From contig NW_025766114.1 in NCBI RefSeq assembly GCF_003918875.1, forward strand, positions 1,426,001 through 1,490,000: a DNA stretch of 64,000 bases, in the 5' to 3' direction. Numbering within the stretch: the stretch's first letter is position 1; each line of letters starts with the position of its first letter. This document shows, piece after piece, positions 38,229 through 50,461 of the stretch. The notes beneath the pieces are model-generated. The model did not search any database, was not told the DNA's origin, and was given only the letters and a program-made list of their open reading frames with translations. The stretch is from Haliotis rubra (Eukaryota). Made by a program: the position numbers and the translations under genes.

Positions 38229-39459
38229 CAGGTCTGTAGAAGAGGGTGAATGTAGGAGTTGGTAGATAGGTGATGGGAGACGAGAAAAGGGTAAACAATA
38301 ATAAGTGAGAGTAGATGTATGTAGAAGAGGGTAGATGAGGTTGCATGATAGCAGGTAACTTGTTAAGGCAAGTGTAGGTGATATTAGATAAGTGTGCAAA
38401 AGGCAGATGGTGCTGATTAGATTCAGACTAAACACATCTTAAGATCTAAAACAAACTAAAAAGGTTGAACTGCAAATAGTTATAAATCAGGACATGCAAA
38501 GCATAGTCAGAATCCAAAACACTTTTAAAAACATTTTCCATTTTATAAAAAACCCAGCAACAACATAAAGTCATCTGATCACTGATCAACAACCAACTTG
38601 TAGGGCAGACTGATTGGTACTCACAGAACACTGTTAGAATGCATGTCTCACCAGGGAAGAGGCATGTTCACAAACACAGCCTCAACAAAAGAACATAATT
38701 GCAGTGCTCAGTTGCCCTCCAATGCATTAACGCCTACAAGTTTCACCTTCAGAAGCTCACAAGGCAGTTCTTTGACTTCATTACAAAGGCCTACATGGCC
38801 CAATGTCAGTCAAGAGCAGTTTGCCTGAAGATCACACCAAATAGAAAGGTCAGAGAAACGTCACTTCAAATTAAGAGATCCACCCTTGGGATACATTTTG
38901 AAGTCATCTAACCTAAAATCAATCTGTCTGTAATTTGTTTTATATTTCTGCTACCAATTCCTAACTTTGGATTAATTTGTGAAGAAAGTACAAGCGTACT
39001 GTCTGAATTGTGAACAGGTGACCTTGAGAGTTGTCAACACATACCAGAGATGTGGGAGCTCAAACCTTGCGCCCCGTGATCTTGTGATGTAGTTAGTGTT
39101 TATTTTTATTCATTTGAAAGTGGCAATTTAAACAATTGTTCTGGATTGTTTAAGAATTTACTTTAATAAGTCTAGTGTTTATGAGTGAGGGAGTCAGTCA
39201 GTCAGTCTGTCAGTGAGTCAGTGAGTCAGTCTGTCAGTGAGTGGAAGGGTGGGTGGGTGAGTGAGTGAGTGAGAGTGAGTGAGCAAGCGAGTCAGCGAGC
39301 CTTTTAGTAAGTGGATATATGAGTGAGTGTTTGAGTGAGTGGGTATTACTGTTTGAGTGTTTTCAGTGAATGTAACAACAAGTGTTTGGGTGTTCTAGTG
39401 ACTGGCTGAGTAAATGGTTATCTGGTCATTGGCTGAGTAAAGGAGTTTTTAAATGTTTG

Positions 39460-39589
39460 AGTGACATGGGTCTTACGCTGCTTTTAGCAATATTCCAATA
39501 TCATGGCTGGAGACATAGGTTTCACACATTGTACCAATGTGGGAAATCGAACCTGAATCTTCGGTGTGACGAGCGAACGCTTTAACCAC
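39460..39589 (-). mobile_element. SINE family A, diverged
   Basis: CTTTTAGCAATATTCCAATATC...GTGACGAGCGAACGCTTTAACCAC. Confidence 0.88.
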
Positions 39590-41794
39590 AGAGCAAACTC
39601 GTGTGCAAACTGTCCAAATCAAGTCTGTTTTGGCTCTCAAGGTCATCTGATGTCTTGATGCCAGAGTATTTCTCAGATAAAGTTTGCAGCTGAATCTATC
39701 AATTGGTAACTGTATGACTACAGACTGACATTTAGTCCCAGAAAAGAAGTTGTCTGATTTAAAAATATATGTCTACAAAAATACATATGTAATAAAATTC
39801 AAGATGCAACATGACAACTAAAACAAAAAAATTCAAAAGGAGCTCAAATTCACGCCTCGGAGCTGAGGCAATCTAGACTCGCTTGATCATTCTGGAGCTG
39901 AATTGGACTTGGGTCTTGAGTGAGTGAGTTATTAGTTAACGTCACATCGGCAATATTTCAGCCATATCGTGACAAGAACATGCATGCTTGGGTCTTGAAG
40001 ACCAACTAGTATATAAGAGGAAAAGGCTTCATGCTTCTTTAAAAATTATCAAAATTATAAATCCTGGGATGTTATGAATTTTAATAAACCTAAATTTAAA
40101 GCAAAATGATAATTTTTACCCTGTGTGCCTCAAAAGGCATAAGTTTAGAATCCTAGATATATCCATGTGGACACAACAAAGAGCTTCACCCATTGCACCT
40201 ATGTATGGAATCAAACCCAGTCCTATGGCAAGATAAGCGAATACTTCAACCACCGTGCATCACCTCATGCAGAAAGAAATATTTTCTTGACATAAAATGA
40301 CCTGAATCACGAAAGAGGAATCACAAACTGACACAAAACTCATGATCAGCATGAAGAATCTAAACTTGAGTTCATTTACAAAACCATCAAACTGTCACAT
40401 AACATGCTTTCTAAATCAGCATTTGTAAATAAAACTGAACAGACACAATGGCCGTCTAATAGGGTGTCAAAATTCATGCAACAGTCAGCAATAATAATAT
40501 AAAAAAATGGTGCCTGGTGACAATGTGTCGACAGGTAGGTCTCCGAAACGTCTGTTAAAGAGTCCTTGATCACAAATGATCATATTAGCTGTCTCATAAA
40601 GCCAACAAATCAGGGGCACTTTGTAGCTGCTGTCTCAGAAGAGACCAAAGGCTCCCCAAAGGTTTAAACCGAGTAACCTTGGATGACAGGGGGATATCGA
40701 AAATAGGCATGTTGGACAATTTAACGACACATGGGCAGAATCCAGTGCTTTTAAGATAAATTGTCCTTGCTGTTTGATTTGCCCACTGTGATTTCTCTCG
40801 GTGAACGGTTATGTGGAAGTTAAAACACTCCTGGGTTTGGTTAAAAATGTGACATCACAAGCGAAGGAAAGCCCTTGAGGTGGTACATTTTAAAAAGAGG
40901 AGAGTATTCGAGCTAACGGTAATAGTAAGAGATGCAGTTTGCATGTTGGACCACACCATCCAGTGATTGAAATTGTGTTTAATGATTCATGTTTTGGGGT
41001 ACGCAACACATAATCAGCCAAGTCATCCATAGTCTTATAACAAGAGGTTGCTTCGATCCAAACCTGTCCCAAGATGCTCACATGTGTTATTGATGATGAA
41101 GTTGGTCAACAAAACTTATTGTGGACTGTACCAGACAGACAGACAGACAGACAGACAAGACAAGACAAGACATTTTATCAAAATTCAGTCTCTTAAACAA
41201 GGAGTCCCGATAATCAGTCTATTTTCAGAAACAGGAAATTTAGATTTCCTTGAGTGCTTTCAGACATATTTGTTTGGTCTGCATCAGAAGCTTCCTTTTG
41301 ACCAGTTTCATGGATACCGTTACCATTGTGTTGTTGGTTAGGGCTTACAAACTGGTGCCTGCTTCTAATCATGTCCAGCTATGCATCAGTATTTCATAAT
41401 GGAAAAGTAATGGGCAAAAATTGTGTTTTCAAATATGGCTTCCTTGTCAACCATTTTTAAAATCGGATTTGAATTCTGTGGGCATATTGTCATGAAATAT
41501 TCACAAAAATCAGTCACAAAAACGTCCATCCTCAAGAGCCCAGAGAGGATGTCACAAATCGGATATCTCTAACAGGGTCATAAGGTCAGTAAAAATTTCA
41601 CATAATGGGTTTATAATTGATCACTACACGACAGATGACATCATTAAATCTTCTATCCCCCAGTCACTGCCATCTTTGTTGTGCGGAGGTCTGGCACACA
41701 CTGGTCTAGCTGCTAGCTGTTGCTGAAGGTTCCATTGTTTCTTTGTTCAATGAAAAATTGGCTTTCCCACTAATGGGCACTGATGAAAATACCA

Positions 41795-42615
41795 GGACTG
41801 ACCAGTACTGATGTAGCGCATTTACTGAACACTGGTGATGTGGCTAATACTGACCAGTGCTGATGTAGCGCATTTACTGAACACTGGTGATATGCCTAAT
41901 ACTGGGATGAAGCACTATTACCAAGCACAGGTGATGTGGCTAATACTGACCACCAGTGCTGATGCAGCACACTTACTGAACACTGATGATATGGCTAATA
42001 CTGACCAGTGCTGATGCAGTACATTTACTACAAACTGGTGAGATGGCTAATACTGACCAGTGCTGATAAAGTACATTTACTGAACACTGGTGATATGGCT
42101 AATACTTACCAGTGCTGATGCAGCACTTTTACTGAAAATGGTGACATGGCTAATACTGACTAGTGCTGATACAAGTACATTTACTGAACACTGATGATAT
42201 GGCTAATACTGACCAGTGCTGATACAAGTACATTTAATGAACACTGATGATATGGCTAATACTGACCAGTGCGGATACAAGTACATTAACTGAACACTGA
42301 TGATATGGCTAATACTGACCAGTGCTGATACAAGTACATTTACTGAACACTGATGATATGGCTAATACTGACCAGTGCTGATACAAGTACATTTACTGAA
42401 CACTGATGATATGGCTAATACTGACCAGTGCTGATGCAGTACATTTACTGAACACTGGTGACATGGCTAATACTGACCAGTGCTGATACAGTACATTTAC
42501 TGAACACTGATGATATGGCTAATACTGACCAGTGCTGATACAGTACATTTACTGAAAACTGATGATATGGCTAATACTGACCAGTGCTGATACAGTACAT
42601 TTACTGAACACTGAA
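41795..42615. repeat. 52/53-bp satellite (~15 units)
   Basis: Unit TACTGAACACTGATGATATGGCTAATACTGACCAGTGCTGATACAAGTACATT. Confidence 0.96.
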
Positions 42616-43851
42616 AATTACCACACTTTGGCTTCTACTTACACATGCTTCTTGTGCAAACCTGTCATTCAATGGTCAGTTCTGAAAGATAAAATACAAT
42701 ATAAAATATTGTATTCCATTACAATACCAAAACGTTCTTAGATTAATAAAATAACACAAATTAGATATCCTAAGTTACCACATACAATATCGGGGATTCG
42801 GTGAGGTGAAATGGGAATAACATTGCGTTCAAGATTATTATTGCTCCAATAATGGCGTGCATGCCAAGGGGGGGCATCACATTGCTTTATCATGGCAATA
42901 ACACCGATTCCTTTGACAAAACAGTGCATGAAACCCTCCTCCCATTGTGCTAGGCGCCATAAAGTTTCCACCCAACCTATGAATCGTGTTTTGAGAAGTA
43001 CACTGCAAAAATTCATTACACTAAAAACAAATACACTGCAAGACATTGTGATCTACGGAGGACATTATGCACTACATGAAAGGGCCACTGAAACATAAAT
43101 TGTTACGTTTTCCCTAGATAATCCTCTACACCAACAGAATCAGTCCTACATCTTTCAGGGCTGGGGCGCTAATGTCCCAAAAACATCAGCGTATGTTGGC
43201 ATTGTCATCGACTTTCTTCCATGCTTCTAAAGCTGTGAGTTATTTATATGACCACAAATGTGCTTTCAGCTCTTCTTGAGAGCATCTATGTATGTGAAAG
43301 AGAACCTCAGTCACAACATCTCGCTTGACGAAATCAACAACTGGAAAAACAGCTTTTTGATGAAATGTACAATTCTGAAATATGACCATTTTTTCTGTTT
43401 CTCCAGCTGCTTCTAAACTTAGTTCCATTAAAAAAGGTACTTTCATTGTGTGCATAAAATTTTAAAATGAGTTGTTGTTTTCACTGCTGATGAGGTTTTG
43501 TCCGTGCTTTTGTCCGAAGCCACTGAGAGACTGATTAGATATCGACGATGGTGTATCCATCATGGCGCCGATATTAAACCGTTTCTCTGTTGACAATGAC
43601 GAAGACAGAAAGGATCAGTGTACTGGAAAATAATGCTAATGATTCCAGCCTTTCTTTGTAGGACCTGGAATGGGGAAAGTAATACCATCGTAACTCTCAA
43701 ACTATCTCGCAGCGTTTTGTTCTCAGACTTTGTTTCATACCATGCCTTCAGAAATGTACATTACAGAACTGTGCCATACTTTTGAAATTATGATTGAAAA
43801 GAAAGAATATTTGAGAGAAGAGTTCTTATGGCCTCTATTTCGGTCAGTGAG

Positions 43852-44207
43852 GTGAGGTGAGGTGAAATTGGGTTTAACGTCGTGCTTGAGAATATTTCGC
43901 TCATATGACAACGTGCATGCGTGTGTATGTGTGTGTGCGGCTGCTTGTACTAGCCCAGACTTAAGCTGGTTTTATAGTGCTAGCCCACTGAGATACCATG
44001 CCGCAGTGAAGCAGGAATACCCCACTCAGACACATTATACTGACTCCGAGCCAACCAGTCCTTGTTGTACCCATTAATGCTGAGCGCCAGGCAGGGACCA
44101 ACAAGTACCATATTTTAAAGTCTTTTGGTATGACGTGGTCGGGGATCGAACCCGCGACCTTCCGCTCTCCGGGCGGACGCTCTAACCACTACACCACGGA
44201 GGCAGTC
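43852..44207 (-). mobile_element. SINE family C, full length
   Basis: Highly similar to 6677-7023; TSD T(C/T)GGTCAGTGAG at 43840-43851 and 44208-44219. Confidence 0.93.
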
Positions 44208-44279
44208 TTGGTCAGTGAGATAATCAGTAAAAGACAAAAAGTTCATAGGAAAAGTGTTGTTTACATTCATATAACACAT

Positions 44280-44628
44280 TATATATTTATCTTACGTCAC
44301 ACATAAATGTTGTTTTCTGATTGGCTGACCCAATCAATGTACCCAACTTACAAGCAAGTAACATTTTCTATGTTACCAGCTGCAAATGCCGAACTGTGGG
44401 AATTCATGTAAGTAATGTTTGGGCTGTTGCCTAACTCCGGTACTCCTTATTATGATCCAATACCTGTCCTTCAAACAGTTCAAAATTTACATTGAGGTGT
44501 TCGGTGAGATAAATGCGTTGTTCACTGGTCCTTCGGGGCCCATTTGTTGATGTACCCTCCATGTTTTTTATATGTTCTAAACATACATAGAGGGTACATC
44601 AACCCCTCGTGACCAGTGAACAACTTAT
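44280..44628. mobile_element. Non-autonomous element with a one-sided nested inverted repeat (Crypton-like, inferred)
   Basis: TTCTGATTGGCTGA near the left end; the right end has GTTGTTCACTGGTC..TTGATGTACCCTC / GAGGGTACATCAA..GACCAGTGAACAAC. Confidence 0.45.
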
Positions 44629-44632
44629 AATA

Positions 44633-44942
44633 TACTGAAAGACAAAAGAAACGTTGTAATATTGGAAATGACATTTAAGTATCAATGGAGTATTTGAACC
44701 TATTTCTTTTAAATATACGGCGGAAGTCAAGTTTAAGGAAAACATGAATCATGGTCTTATACCCTGTATTGCCCAATAAACTATTGCCTGAGATTGATGT
44801 TTGAAATGTTTTTTTGTGGAAAGGGAAGAGTTCGCACAAACACAACATTGAAATCGAGATGCACATGCATCATGCATTCATTCATAAATGCATGACCTAA
44901 ATGTCATTTCCAGTATTACGACGTTTCTTGTCCCTTTCAGTA
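44633..44942. mobile_element. Tc1/mariner-type MITE (~310 bp)
   Basis: ~45-bp TIR TACTGAAAG..AAGAAACGT(T/C)GTAATA(T/C)TGGAAATGACATTTA; TA on both sides. Confidence 0.85.
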
Positions 44943-45089
44943 TATATATATGGTCAATATGATGAGGTAAAATTGAAGAAAAGAAAATGTTCAATTTAGT
45001 TTTAATTTATGGAGAAGTCTGAAATAATCAAGACATAACCAGACACACCAGTGATAGATAATCAGAGCAACATTCCACAAGACCAGGGT

Positions 45090-45472
45090 AACAATAATAA
45101 TAATAATAATTAGTCCATTTATATTGCACTAAATCCACACCGACAGCATGCTCATAGCACAGACAATTATTTCCCCAGATAAACAAAGCTCCCTGTTAGG
45201 TGCTATGTTATATATTAGTTCCATGACTTATCCAACCGGGTACCCATTTTCTGCTGGGTGGACAGAGGCAATTTTGAACAAACTCACTTGCCTGAGTGAG
45301 ACCACATGTATCACATGTGCTTTGTTGTGGGGCAGGGCTGAAGTCTTAGAAACTCTCAGGAGTCAAGCTGCCAAACACGGTCACCCATCCAAGATCTCTC
45401 TGCACCCAACATTGCTTGACTTCAACTGATTTGTGACCTGAGCTCTATGTACAGGACCACAAATCACCACCA
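45090..45472 (-). mobile_element. SINE family F (5S-derived), full length
   Basis: The reverse complement reads TGGTGGTGATTTGTGGTC..TAGAGCTCAGGTCACAAATCAGTTGAAGTCAAGCAATGTTGGG..CTTGGATGGGTGACCG, then the body and an (ATT)n tail. Confidence 0.87.
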
Positions 45473-45506
45473 ATCAAGTCTATCTCCATTTTGTTTGCCT
45501 CTTATG

Positions 45507-45754
45507 TTTGTTTGTTTGTTTGTTGTTTAACGCCACGCTCAGTAATATTTGAGCTATATGACTGCAGTCTGTAAATAATTGAGTCTGAAACAGACAATCC
45601 AGTGATTGACAGCATAAGCATTGCTCTACACAATTGGGATAACATGACATGTGTCAACCATGTCAGCAAGCCTGACCCCACGATCCTGTTTATCACCTCT
45701 TATTACAAGAATGGGTTGCTGAAGACCAATTCTAACCTGGATCTTCTCGGGCTG
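45507..45754 (-). mobile_element. SINE-like family B, full length
   Basis: 12-bp TSD TTGCCTCTTATG at 45495-45506 and 45755-45766; (AAAC)n tail. Confidence 0.94.
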
Positions 45755-45791
45755 TTGCCTCTTATGACCAGGACGGGTAGTGATCCGAAGG

Positions 45792-46127
45792 NNNNNNNNN
45801 NNNNNNNNNNNNNNNNNNNNNNNNNNNNNNNNNNNNNNNNNNNNNNNNNNNNNNNNNNNNNNNNNNNNNNNNNNNNNNNNNNNNNNNNNNNNNNNNNNNN
45901 NNNNNNNNNNNNNNNNNNNNNNNNNNNNNNNNNNNNNNNNNNNNNNNNNNNNNNNNNNNNNNNNNNNNNNNNNNNNNNNNNNNNNNNNNNNNNNNNNNNN
46001 NNNNNNNNNNNNNNNNNNNNNNNNNNNNNNNNNNNNNNNNNNNNNNNNNNNNNNNNNNNNNNNNNNNNNNNNNNNNNNNNNNNNNNNNNNNNNNNNNNNN
46101 NNNNNNNNNNNNNNNNNNNNNNNNNNN
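45792..46127. other. Assembly gap
   Basis: N run; its right edge is again in a family A tail. Confidence 0.99.
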
Positions 46128-46262
46128 CTTTTAGCAATATTCCAGCGATATCATACTGTGGGACACCAGAAATGGGCTTCACACATTGTACCCATATGGG
46201 GAATCAAACTCAGGTCTTCAGCATGATCAGCAATTGCTTTAATCACTATGCTACCCTACCAT
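46128..46262 (-). mobile_element. SINE family A
   Basis: CTTTTAGCAATATTCCAGCGATATC...GGACACCAGAAATGGGCTTCACACATTGTACCC. Confidence 0.9.
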
Positions 46263-46870
46263 CCCTCATCAGAGCAAACATAACAAGTAAAGATCTATTT
46301 TGTACAGTAAGTACAATTTTCACTGCATTTTTGTTCTATGCTCTTGTTTTGTTGGCAGATGATGGATGCAGTAGTACTGTAATCTGTTAAATCGCTCAAG
46401 CCTACCTCAGCCACAGCTATACGTCAAAAACGTGTGACGTGATATAGATTGATGAGACTTTCAAGTTATTAGAGAGAAGCTTTCTCTCACAGGAATTATT
46501 TTAATTAGAAAACTGAAAAAGCTGTGAGATAATATCTCAAAATTTAACACCAAATGGATTCCTGAACATTTAAACACCATACATCTGGGAAAAGTTAAAA
46601 ACACACAAATGGTTCCAATGCTCACCTGAACTTCATGAAATATTCATAGAGAACACTTTAGGGAATTTAATTTTTTAAAATAACCCACAAGACTTCAGTT
46701 AGACAAATTCTGGCAATAACACTATAAAGTCGAAAAAGTGGGCAGTCAGGGTTTTACACAATGAGAGCAGTGACAGCTCTGAAAAAGTTGGTGATTCATG
46801 GGGACATGAGATAGATTTTTAAGTGTTGATTCCCAAACTAAAAAGTCAACACTTTCCCAAGTATTTCATA

Positions 46871-46985
46871 TACTGTATATTATTGTAGATAAGCAGATCT
46901 CATAGATAAGCCGACCCCCCTAACTTGACCCTTAATATTAGTATCAAAATGATGTGTTCCGTACATAAGCTGATCCCCCGCGATG
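46871..46985 (+). mobile_element. pogo-like element, opposite terminus
   Basis: TA|CTGTATATTATTGTAGATAAGC...TAGATAAGCCGACCCCC is the inverted counterpart of 21230-21258. Confidence 0.55.
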
Positions 46986-48004
46986 GGGTCCTAATTAAAT
47001 TGTGTCCAATTCAGACCAAAAGACAAGTGGTAGTTATCGATAACTATTACTTCGGTACGCATTATTCACAGGAATCACAATCATATCGCATCTCCTCACG
47101 CCTCGAAGTGAAGTGTAGTTGACAGAAAATGGTTACGTGTATATATATTGTTTCGCCAAATGTCATATTTATTGTAGCTGGACAAGTTGCCACAAATCAG
47201 ACCACAGAAGGAAGCCTAGCTTGAATCATATCCCACCTCAACTGTATAAGGCACAATGCCATGCTAGAAACTACTACCTAAAAGCATCTTGAATCCTGTT
47301 GTTAGTCTCAGACGTTGACACAGCCTCGCGCCAAGAAGGACAAAAGTTTTCAGGTGTTTGACCCGACTTTGGAATATCAACATCCAAGGGAGGTTACTCT
47401 ACCTTATGAACTTCTGAGGGAGAGTCAAAGAAACATCCACGGGAGGTTATTCTACTCTATGAACTTCCAAGGCAGTGTCACAACAGGCCAACAGCTATCT
47501 CATTCTTGTCATTTTATGATAAATTCCTCAGAAATATACTTACACAAAATACTGCCACATAAAAATATGAAAAAATAGTATGAAAAATAAAAAACACCTT
47601 ATGTATATATATAAAAAACCCTATGGAATTCGATTACAGTATTCCTAACACACAAACACACAACACTTCAATATTCTGTTTGTCCTTGACCAGGGTGGGA
47701 GAGGGGGAAGGGGATGGGGTTTGGGTTGGGTAAGGATGGTTTCAGTTGGTGTGCATAAAGATTGCTGAATTCTAATCCACATTTCTGTTCGCCTCTTGTA
47801 CTCAAAGTAATCTCAGTGGAATTCCTTTTGAACCAATTAGATAGTGGTTGACAGAGCGAGCAACAATTCACAATACGGTGAGTTGCATGATGCTGGTTGA
47901 ACACAGCTGACCAAGTCAACTAAAATGATTATCCTAACCAGTTAACTGCCCTTTTCAACAAACATAGGGTTGGCATGGATACCAATTATTGTAATCCTTA
48001 ATTC

Positions 48005-48149
48005 TGAGTGAGTGAGTTAGCAATATTCCAGCAATATCACGGCGGGGACACGTGAAATGGGCTTCACACATAGTACCCACGACGGAATTGAACCCGAGTC
48101 TTCAGCGTAAAGAGCGAACGCTTTAACCACTAAGCTACCTCGACGCCCC
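48005..48149 (-). mobile_element. SINE family A with a deletion near the tail
   Basis: TTAGCAATATTCCAGCAATATCACGGCGGGGACAC...CGAACGCTTTAACCACTAAGCTACC; imperfect TSD TAATTC(T/C)GA. Confidence 0.9.
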
Positions 48150-48382
48150 TAATTCCGAATGAGATCTGTATTGAATTCATGAAACACGAGGTGCACTGAC
48201 CTAGTTTGTCATGAAATTCCATCGAGACTGGTAATCTGTTTATCAAATTGCACAAAAGTACCAAAACCAAAAACATGGAACTAATCAAAATGTCAATTCT
48301 TCAAAAGGAAACAGCATAATTAATCAGACTGGAAAAAGACGCACAAATTGAAAGTCTTAAAACAAAGTCTGAAATCAAAACA

Positions 48383-48542
48383 GTGAGTGAGTTGGGTTTT
48401 ACACCGCTTTTAGGAATATTCCATCAATACTACGGAGGGGGGCACCAGAAATGGGCTTCACACATTGTACCCATGTAGGGGAATTCAACCCTGGTTTTCG
48501 GCATGATGAGTGAATGCTTTAACTACTGGGTTGCCCTAAGCC
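48383..48542 (-). mobile_element. SINE family A, diverged
   Basis: CACCAGAAATGGGCTTCACACATTGTACCCATGT. Confidence 0.88.
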
Positions 48543-48611
48543 TTAAATCGTCTGAAATAAAGTCAATTACAGGTCATGATAATGAGAAAGAGTCGCTTGT
48601 ATGATCCTTTT

Positions 48612-48946
48612 GTTCAATCGTTGTTTAGCACCGCACTCAGCAATATTCCAGGTATATGGCGGTGGTGTGTAAATAATTGAGTCTGGACCAGGCAATCCAG
48701 TGATCAACAGCATGAGCATCAATCTACGCAACTGGGATACGATGACATGTGGGTCAACCAAGTCAATGAGCCTGACCACCAGGGCCTAGATTTTCGAAGC
48801 TCTCTTAGCGCTAAGATAGTCGTAAGTGCCATACATTAACATTAACTTACGACTGTCTTAGCGCTGAGAGAGCTTCGAAAATCTAGGCCCAGATCCTGTT
48901 GGTCGCCTCTTATAATAAGTATGATTCTAACCCAGCCTTCACAGGT
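48612..48946 (-). mobile_element. SINE-like family B carrying a MITE insertion
   Basis: Family B sequence on both sides of 48783-48889. Confidence 0.92.
48783..48889. mobile_element. 107-bp Harbinger/Tourist-type MITE
   Basis: 45-bp TIRs GGCCTAGATTTTCGAAGCTCTCT(T/C)AGCGCTAAGA(T/C)AGTCGTAAGT; 3-bp TSD CAG at 48780-48782 and 48890-48892; removing the element restores the SINE. Confidence 0.92.
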
Positions 48947-49077
48947 ATGTGTAATCCTAATTCTTGAGTCTGAATTTATGAATCACTATCATATATTGGT
49001 GATACCAGTTGACAAGGTCAGTGTATCCTGCCATCCACCATCCTAAACACATGCAAAGGCAAGGCAATTGGTGCAAG

Positions 49078-49880
49078 TCATGGTACAATGGAATGGTACA
49101 AATCTATTTGCAAGTATCCTCCAAATGCTGGAGCTGCTAGAATATTGCTTGACATAAAGGGAAAATGCCCAAAGAAATGTTTACGAGAAGTGTAGAACAT
49201 TTCAGGATAAGCTTCCTCCAAGCCTGCCACCAGCAGCACAGAATTGTATATGTCATCCATGGTGACATAACAAGCGAGATAATCAGGATAAAGTCAGTCA
49301 GGGAGAATTAATTCAATATTCTGATTAGTTCTTTATCAGCAAGTCAAGTTCGGAACATAATCCATTACCAAGCCTGATAAGATTTACTGTGTATTCCTTG
49401 ATAACTCCATCGGAGATGATGCAGCGCATCCATCACCCTAACAACCAACTGCCAGAAGAAATGATACAAAACTGTCAGTGTATAAGCAGATAAAAAAATC
49501 GGTGCATTGTTAAGAGATTTGACGGTACAATACCCGTTTTTTACACACCCAATTGCGAAGATGGTAAGCATGGTAAAGACTCCCTCCAGGATCGCTGTAG
49601 ACTGATAAACTCACATGAAACCTTGTCGTGGTACTGTTTAATCTAATTCGTCCGATTCCCAAGACACACGAAACCTTGATGAATGGAACTGCCAGTCGTT
49701 TATATTGTTCATGGTTATGTTTGTGTTGGTTTGCAATTGGATGTTCCTGGAGGGACTTATCTTGGACTTAAACTGATAATCACAGAGTCCATGAAGAAGA
49801 CCTGTGAACAGAGTCCATAGCTTTCCAGTGATTTGAAAACGTATATGTCCTGACACAAATGCCATGGGCTTTAACAATGG
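49078..49880 (-). pseudogene. Decayed Penelope-like element (Naiad-type motifs)
   Basis: MDDI...AYPE...HFPFMSSNILAAPAFGGYL matches PLE YIDD...IYP.EL...NFPFLSSNIPAAPAYGVYISQ; upstream remnants include VCKK and AASS...ELS. Confidence 0.7.
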
Positions 49881-50461
49881 TTAACACACTTTTTTTAAAA
49901 TTACGGACCCATTCTCATAGCAGAAAAACGTTATTGCTGGAAATATATTTTGGGATTGGATTTCCCTTGCAATCAAATTTATGTCCTGTGACAAGGAAAT
50001 GAGACTCAACAGACGTACAGAAATGTGGACAAACTTTTTCATGACTTTTGAAACTTTCAAAATATATATTACATCCCGAATTACAAGCTGGAGACGAATC
50101 TATTTTATGGTTCATATCTTGCGTTGTAACCATTAACAACAAGGTAGTTTGTTCGCCACATGATAATGTTTCTTCACATGATAATATGCAACAGTGATTT
50201 AATCTGTGTGGGGGCTGGGAAATGTATAATCTGGGAGTAGTGAAATGAGTTGAAAACTTTTTTACTTTTTGGTAAAGAAAAATATTGGGGAGTATAGAAA
50301 CGGTTACTGATGCAGGAATTCTGCATATTGGATTTAATTTTCCAAATTCTCATGGTAATATTTTCCACGAGACAGGTTTGATGCAAAACTGTTGTTTTTT
50401 CAGTTGAATGGCATTCCTACAAATACATTAAGGGGAATGCAACATGTTTCAATGTCATTGG

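Noticed and set aside
41795-42615. CTGATGA in the 53-bp satellite as a hammerhead core
   Set aside because: No GAAA at a suitable distance and no supporting stems.
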